Made by a program: the position numbers and the translations under genes
Shown: one piece after another, positions 58,974 through 64,000 of the stretch
Position numbering within the stretch: position 1 is the first letter of the stretch
Layout: each line of letters begins with the position of its first letter
Source: an uncultured Gemmatimonadales bacterium
Lineage (GTDB): Bacteria; Gemmatimonadota; Gemmatimonadetes; Longimicrobiales; RSA9
Direction of reading: 5' to 3'
Assembly (NCBI GenBank): GCA_963708135.1
Contig: OY970192.1
Location: 1,696,001-1,760,000 of the forward strand
DNA length: 64,000 nt
The notes under the pieces: generated by a model
What the model was told of the DNA's origin: nothing
The model's database searches: none
What the model saw: only the letters and a program-made list of their open reading frames with translations

Positions 58974-59486
58974 TCAGACGGTCGTGAACGTGAAGATCAT
59001 GCCGTAGCTGCCGTTGGCGTTCTGCCACCCCGGTCCCATCATCCCGCTCCCCATGCCGCCGCCCATCATCTGCTGCGTGGCCCACTGCCCGCCCATCCGG
59101 TCGACACACTCGTCGTAGCCGATCTCGTCGCCGTCGGCGTCGAGCATCCCGCCGCCCAGGTGCAGCGTGTAGGCCGTGCCCGGCTTCAGCACGGCAGCGG
59201 GGGTGAACGTCAGCGTCTTACCGTCCGCCGACCACGTGTCCGTGCCGGGCACGACGGGACCCCTCACGTCCCCCTCGTGAAGCGCGACGTACATCTCCAT
59301 TCCCATCTGCATCGGACCGCTGAAGCTCACCACGATCGGCTGCGTGGGATCCACTCCGGTCGCGCCACCCGTGGGAATCACGTCCAGCACCTCCGTCTTG
59401 ACTGCCGGAGCCGTGCCGTCCTTCGCGCAGCCCGCGCCAATCAGCAGCGCGGCGCCCAGCACCAGCCCCCCGAATCGCTTCCTCAT
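58974..59486 (-). CDS. Ig-like (Big_5) lipoprotein with Met/Gly-rich tail
   Basis: GAGC lipobox, P.GGATGV, FSGPM, TLTFTP...LKPGTAY; QQMMGGGMGSGMMGPGW. Confidence 0.82.
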   Translation of the reverse strand: MRKRFGGLVLGAALLIGAGCAKDGTAPAVKTEVLDVIPTGGATGVDPTQPIVVSFSGPMQMGMEMYVALHEGDVRGPVVPGTDTWSADGKTLTFTPAAVLKPGTAYTLHLGGGMLDADGDEIGYDECVDRMGGQWATQQMMGGGMGSGMMGPGWQNANGSYGMIFTFTTV

Positions 59487-59577
59487 GCTTCCCTCCCCGC
59501 CTTTCGCGGCACTCTCGTGCGCCGTCAGCGCGTCCGTTCTCGACCGGGCAGCCGCCGCGGAATCGGGACGCGGCTCC

Positions 59578-59632
59578 AAGATGACGTGCCAGCGGTGAAG
59601 CCAAGGTGAAAACGGGGTGAAGGAACCTTCAC
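59578..59632 (-). promoter_or_regulatory. Copper-island operator/promoter copy 2
   Basis: GTGAAG-4-CTTCAC-5-TTTCAC-5-CTTCAC-11-CATCTT. Confidence 0.72.
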
Positions 59633-59651
59633 AAGCGGCGCTCCCGCCCGC

Positions 59652-60599
59652 TCAATTCTTCACGCGCGCCGGCCAGTCGAAGGCGCGAACGGACACGTCG
59701 GGCACATCGCGGATCTCGAGCCGGAATCCCTCCGGCGGCGCCGCGAGCGCGAAGGCGATGTCCGCGTGGGCGTGGTGACCGGCGAGCGCACCCGCGCGGA
59801 TCGGCGCGAGCGCGCGCCCGCCCACGTGCAGGCGGACCACCTGCGCGAGGTCGACTCCGCTCAGCTCGACGGAATGCGTGTTCGCGGACAGGGCGAAGAT
59901 GAGCTGGCCCCCCTCCCAACGCGGCTGCACCTGGAGGGACACCCTGCCGGGGCTGAGCTGCGGCGCGTAGGATGTCTCCTGTACGGAACCTCGCCCGGCT
60001 TCCCCCGGCTGCGCGGCCGCGGCCGTGACGGCCGTCGCCACGCCCAGGATGACCACGGCGCCCGCGAACACGTAGGGCCAGGCGCGGTCAGCCGGCCACC
60101 GGACCGCGGTGGACAGGAACGAGGGCTGGGCGGGGTAGAGGCCGTGGCGGCGAATCTCCCCCAGCAGGAAGACCAGCCCCACCGCGCTCGACAGCACGCC
60201 CAGCAGCAGGAAGAGCTGCTGGTGGGCCGCGAGGAAGAGCGCGGCGCCCGCCAGTCCGACGAGCGGGAGCACGTCGGCCAGGTGGTGGGCGCAACAGGCG
60301 ATCATCGAGACGGCGCTCGTGCCGCCGGAGGCCGCGATCGCTCCCGTCCCGGCCGTCCGCTCGGCCCTGGCGGCGGCACGCGCGTAGGCGAACAGCCCTA
60401 CCTGCGTGGCGAAGCCGAGCACCAGCGCGGTCATCCAGGGCCACAGCTTGGCGAACTCCTGGACCGCGTGCGGAAACGAGTTGACGAGGCCGACCACGAG
60501 CACGTACAGCGCCAGCAGTCCCGCGCCGGCCGCTACGGCCCAGCCCAGGGCGGTGCGCCGCAGGCTCAGGTGCGTCTCCCACGAGATCGTCGCGGACAT
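59652..60599 (-). CDS. Membrane protein with SMIACCAHH motif and soluble C-terminal domain
   Basis: RBS AAGGAGG, five TM segments, CCAHH, NTHSV and GHHAH motifs. Confidence 0.75.
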   Translation of the reverse strand: MSATISWETHLSLRRTALGWAVAAGAGLLALYVLVVGLVNSFPHAVQEFAKLWPWMTALVLGFATQVGLFAYARAAARAERTAGTGAIAASGGTSAVSMIACCAHHLADVLPLVGLAGAALFLAAHQQLFLLLGVLSSAVGLVFLLGEIRRHGLYPAQPSFLSTAVRWPADRAWPYVFAGAVVILGVATAVTAAAAQPGEAGRGSVQETSYAPQLSPGRVSLQVQPRWEGGQLIFALSANTHSVELSGVDLAQVVRLHVGGRALAPIRAGALAGHHAHADIAFALAAPPEGFRLEIRDVPDVSVRAFDWPARVKN

Positions 60600-60673
60600 G
60601 GCTCCTGCCTCCTTTTCGTGTGCCGCTGCTCTTCCGCCGCCCGTCAGCCCCCCGGCATCGAGGGTGCGCTGCG

Positions 60674-60728
60674 AGGATAGCGCGGCGCCCATGAAGTGGC
60701 CGTGAAGTGTGCGTGAAGGCCTCCTCAG
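60674..60728 (-). promoter_or_regulatory. Copper-island operator/promoter copy 3
   Basis: CTGAGG-4-CTTCAC-5-CTTCAC-5-CTTCAT-11-TATCCT. Confidence 0.72.
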
Positions 60729-60734
60729 CGCAGG

Positions 60735-60958
60735 CCGCTCCCGGGCCGAAGGGTGGCGCCCCCGAGATCGTCGCGGTCCTCTACCTCGAGCACGGGGGGC
60801 ACGGCGCCACGGCGTCGGGGTACGCTGCCAGGGCGATCCAGTTCTACCTCGACCGCGAGCATGGCCGGTCGTTCCGGCCCGTCCCCGTTCCACGGGACCG
60901 CATTGAACGCGGGCTGCCCGTGGACTGGAGTTGGCTTCGCTCCCCGGTCACGCCGTAG
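60735..60958 (+). pseudogene. 3' fragment resembling a penicillin-binding protein 2 C-terminus
   Basis: PEIVAVLYLEHGGHG..AS..AARAIQFYL resembles the final transpeptidase strand/helix of MrdA. Confidence 0.5.
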
Positions 60959-61008
60959 CGCACGCGTCGCCGGGGGAGGGCGCCGCGCGCGGAGGGAAAG
61001 GAGACTCC

Positions 61009-61149
61009 ATGGGCGAAACGCGCCCCAAACGACTCGTCGGGCTGATGCAGATCCTTTGGTATCGCTTCACACACCTGTTCGGACTGGACAGCTGTCCGGT
61101 GGAGCCGCCCAGCCCGCCCGGGCCGCCGTCGAAACCGAAGCGGCCCTGA
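61009..61149 (+). CDS. Small hypothetical protein (46 aa)
   Basis: Strong RBS AAGGAG, ATG. Confidence 0.45.
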   Translation: MGETRPKRLVGLMQILWYRFTHLFGLDSCPVEPPSPPGPPSKPKRP

Positions 61150-61236
61150 CCGCGCGTCGGCCGGTCGGTTCAACGCCAGCCTCCTTCACGGCCGCGGCGG
61201 TGTACGACCTCCCAGCATTCCCTGCCCGCCCGCGCC

Positions 61237-61300
61237 CGGGCCCATCATGCCACGTCCGTCCGTGTTCGGGCCCATCATGCGACGTCCGGCCGTATCCGGG
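61237..61300. repeat. 30-bp imperfect tandem duplication encoding MMGP units on the minus strand
   Basis: CGGGCCCATCATGC[C/G]ACGTCCG twice, at 61237 and 61267. Confidence 0.7.
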
Positions 61301-61332
61301 CGCCCGTCTTCCGCCTCACCTCGCGGAAAAGC

Positions 61333-61572
61333 CTAGCAGCAGCCGCCTCTGCGCCGCGGCCCTCCGGAAGATGCCCCGGCGGCCGGCTCCTCCCGCTCCG
61401 CCTCCGAAGCGGCATCGCCCCCGCCCTGCCTGGCGTCGGCGGAATGCTCGACGTGCCCCCCGCTTCCGTGCATGCCCTCCGCCACGGCCGTCTCTTCGCC
61501 GCCGACGCGCCGCATCAGGAAATACAGCGCGACAACGACGCCGATCGCGATGATCCACCCTGTCGTGCCCAT
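61333..61572 (-). CDS. Small membrane protein ending in GGCC (DUF2933-like)
   Basis: RBS GAGGAGG, one TM, MHGSGGH, terminal RRRGGCC. Confidence 0.7.
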   Translation of the reverse strand: MGTTGWIIAIGVVVALYFLMRRVGGEETAVAEGMHGSGGHVEHSADARQGGGDAASEAEREEPAAGASSGGPRRRGGCC

Positions 61573-61610
61573 CGATCCTCCTCGGGTTCGGTCTCCTGCC
61601 TTCGCCGGGG

Positions 61611-61735
61611 ACGATGGGCACCGGGCCGTGAATCCAGCGTGAGATCGACATGAGCCGTGCTTCACGCGGCGTGCGGTCGGCTGAAGATATCTTCATGCGC
61701 GCTTCACACGGATTTCAGGTGTAGATGACTAGGTT
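61611..61735. promoter_or_regulatory. Divergent copper-island operator/promoter copies 4 (-) and 5 (+)
   Basis: Minus: GTGAAG-4-GCTCAT-5-TCTCAC-5-ATTCAC-11-CATCGT. Plus from 61681: CTGAAG-4-CTTCAT-5-CTTCAC-5-TTTCAG-11-TAGGTT. Confidence 0.72.
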
Positions 61736-61827
61736 CGCGTCATGAGCGCCCGGTCGGAGGCGTCCGGTGCGTATCTCCCCAGGCATTCCGGGGGCGCCTC
61801 GATTCCTCTCACGGAAGGAGCAGGGCC

Positions 61828-61980
61828 ATGGCGGAGAAGGCTAAGGATCCGGTCTGCGGGATGCAGGTGGATCCCGGGAAGGCGGCGGGGACGAGTGTCT
61901 ACCAGGGCCGCACCTATTACTTCTGCAGCGCCGGGTGCAAGAAGAAGTTCGATGAACACCCCGGGAAGTTCACCGAGTAG
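61828..61980 (+). CDS. Stand-alone YHS-domain protein (50 aa)
   Basis: Not in ORF track. [24 protein letters not shown]...[16 protein letters not shown]. Confidence 0.9.
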   Translation: MAEKAKDPVCGMQVDPGKAAGTSVYQGRTYYFCSAGCKKKFDEHPGKFTE

Positions 61981-62066
61981 ACGGAAGCGCCCGGGCGGCG
62001 GCCGCCGCGCCAGACGCTGGCGGCGCCGCTCGGGCCGGGCAGGCACACGAGTCGAGGAGAACCCAG

Positions 62067-64000
62067 ATGGCGAGGACGACGGCGAGGGAAGACGAACGCG
62101 GCGGGCCGGTGGGAGACTCAGCCCAGGCCGGGACCATCGACCCCGTCTGCGGCATGACGGTGGACGCGGATGGCCCGCTCCGGCACGAGCACGCCGGCAC
62201 GACCTACGTCTTCTGCAGCGAGCATTGCCTGGAGAAGTTCCGCGAGGACCCGGAGCGCAACCTTGAGGAGGACGGTCCGGCCGACGCGCCGGCGGCATCG
62301 CCCGGCACGATCTACGTCTGTCCCATGGACCCGGAGGTGCGAGCCGACGCGCCGGGGCCCTGCCCCAGGTGCGGCATGGCGCTCGAGCCGGAGACGATCG
62401 CGCCGCCGGCCACACGGACCGAGTACACGTGCCCGATGCACCCGGAGATCGTTCGCGACGAGCCGGGCTCCTGCCCGATCTGCGGCATGGCGCTCGAGCC
62501 GCGCACCGTCACGCTCGAGGAGGCGGAGAATCCCGAGCTGGCCGACATGCGGCGCCGCTTCCGGGTGAGCCTCGCCCTCACGGTGCCGCTGCTGGTTCTG
62601 GCGATGACGCGCTCCCTGCCCGGCGACCCGCTCCAGCAGCTCGCCCCGCCCCGCGTCTGGTCGTGGCTCGAGCTCGTGCTCGCGTCACCCGTGGTGCTCT
62701 GGGGCGGCTGGCCGTTCTTCGTGCGCGGCTGGCGCTCGGTCGTGACGTGGAACCTCAACATGTTCACGCTCATCGGGCTCGGCGTCGCCGTCTCGTACGG
62801 CTACAGCCTGGTCGCGCTCTTCTTCCCCGGGATCTTCCCGCCATCGTTCCGGAGCGCGGAGGGCGAGGTCGCGCTCTACTTCGAGGCGGCGGCGGTCATC
62901 ACCACGCTCGTGCTCCTCGGCCAGGTGTTCGAGCTGCGCGCCCGCAGCCGGACGGGCGCGGCCATCAAGGCGCTGCTCGGCCTCGCGCCGAAGACCGCCC
63001 GCCGTATCGCCGAGGACGGGACCGAGGAGGATGTCCCCCTCGATGAGGTGCGGCCGGGCGACCGGCTGCGCGTGCGTCCCGGCGAGAAGGTCCCGGCGGA
63101 CGGCGTCGTGGCCGAGGGTCAGAGCTCCGTGGATGAGTCGATGATCACCGGCGAGCCCATGCCGGTCGAGAAGAGTGTCGGCGAGCGGTTGGTCGGCGCC
63201 ACGGTCAACGGCACGGGCTCGCTCATCATGCGCGCGGAACGCGTCGGCTCCGAGACCCTGCTCGCGCAGATCGTGCGCATGGTGGCCGAGGCGCAGCGCA
63301 GTCGCGCCCCGATCCAGAAGCTCGCCGACCGCGTAGCGGGCTACTTCGTCCCCGCGGTCGTGGGCATCGCCGTCCTCACCTTCATCGGCTGGGCCGTCCT
63401 CGGCCCCGAGCCGCGTCTGGCGCACGCGCTCGTCAACGCGGTGGCCGTGCTCATCATCGCCTGCCCCTGCGCCCTCGGGCTCGCCACGCCGATGTCCATC
63501 ATGGTCGCCTCCGGCAAGGGCGCCACCGTCGGCGTGCTGTTCAGGAACGCCGAGGCGATCGAGACCCTCCGCCAGGTGGACACCCTCGTGCTGGACAAGA
63601 CCGGCACCCTCACCGAGGGGAAGCCGAAGCTGGTGACGGTCGAGGCGCTCGACGGCACCGTTGAGGCCGACGTCCTGCGCCTGGCCGCCAGCCTGGAGCG
63701 CGGCAGCGAGCACCCGCTGGCCGCCGCGATCGTGGCCGGCGCCGGAGAGCGGGGCGTCGCCCTCGACGGCGCCCGCAACTTCGAGTCGCTCACGGGACGC
63801 GGCGTGCGCGGCGAGGTGGACGGGCGCAGCGTCGCCCTGGGCAACCGCACCCTTCTCGACGAGCTCGGCGTCGATGCCGGCCCGCTGGCCGCGCGGGCGG
63901 AGACCCTCAGGGGAGAGGGGCAGACGGTGATGTTCGTGGCCGTGGATGGCAAGCCCGTGGGGCTGCTCGGCGTAGCCGATCCGATCAAGGCGACGACGCC
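62067..64000 (+). CDS. copA: Cu(I)-translocating P1B-type ATPase (3' end runs off window)
   Basis: Not in ORF track (open to edge). YHS (DPVCGM, FCSEHC), YVCPMD and YTCPMH domains, TGE, CPC at 63462, DKTGT, SEHPL. Confidence 0.93.
   Translation, partial: MARTTAREDERGGPVGDSAQAGTIDPVCGMTVDADGPLRHEHAGTTYVFCSEHCLEKFREDPERNLEEDGPADAPAASPGTIYVCPMDPEVRADAPGPCPRCGMALEPETIAPPATRTEYTCPMHPEIVRDEPGSCPICGMALEPRTVTLEEAENPELADMRRRFRVSLALTVPLLVLAMTRSLPGDPLQQLAPPRVWSWLELVLASPVVLWGGWPFFVRGWRSVVTWNLNMFTLIGLGVAVSYGYSLVALFFPGIFPPSFRSAEGEVALYFEAAAVITTLVLLGQVFELRARSRTGAAIKALLGLAPKTARRIAEDGTEEDVPLDEVRPGDRLRVRPGEKVPADGVVAEGQSSVDESMITGEPMPVEKSVGERLVGATVNGTGSLIMRAERVGSETLLAQIVRMVAEAQRSRAPIQKLADRVAGYFVPAVVGIAVLTFIGWAVLGPEPRLAHALVNAVAVLIIACPCALGLATPMSIMVASGKGATVGVLFRNAEAIETLRQVDTLVLDKTGTLTEGKPKLVTVEALDGTVEADVLRLAASLERGSEHPLAAAIVAGAGERGVALDGARNFESLTGRGVRGEVDGRSVALGNRTLLDELGVDAGPLAARAETLRGEGQTVMFVAVDGKPVGLLGVADPIKATT

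Noticed and set aside
25..63988. Many long overlapping ORFs in the track (e.g. 25..1560+, 3331..5658-, 33069..35714-, 52981..56529+, 53357..55960-)
   Set aside because: Arg/Pro/Gly-rich shadow frames of real genes, expected in very high-GC DNA; no motifs.
1..64000. tRNA, rRNA, riboswitch or selenocysteine recoding
   Set aside because: None recognisable by eye; an Rfam/tRNAscan run would be needed to exclude them.

Overview
Very GC-rich bacterial DNA. The gene content (BTAD/TolB-TPR regulators, Ser/Thr kinase-PD40 fusion, PadR+ADOP permease, LVIVD+DUF305) suggests Gemmatimonadota or similar, by inference only. Layout: (1) 1-14.9 kb, a Wzx/Wzy-type surface polysaccharide locus (Wzi-like, ABC exporter, Wza, Wzc-like, priming transferase, flippase, ligase/polymerase, five GT4). 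(2) 15.1-22.7 kb, a regulatory block: sigma-54 activator, a clear sigma-54 promoter, and lipoprotein-TPR-ECF sigma genes, with a zinc-finger anti-sigma 3.3 kb away. Between sigma and anti-sigma lies a lower-GC cassette of three unknown exported proteins, one cleanly interrupted by an IS4 element (TIRs, 9-bp TSD). (3) 22.8-52.5 kb, a mixed accessory region with intact metabolic and signalling genes, many truncated gene relics and three palindromic or repeat elements. (4) 52.6-64 kb, a copper-resistance island (cusCBA-like, Met-rich accessory proteins, YHS, CopA). Its five promoters share one precisely spaced four-box operator plus -10 architecture. No rRNA, tRNA or CRISPR-Cas was recognised. 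All product calls come from motif recognition by eye; no database searches were run.
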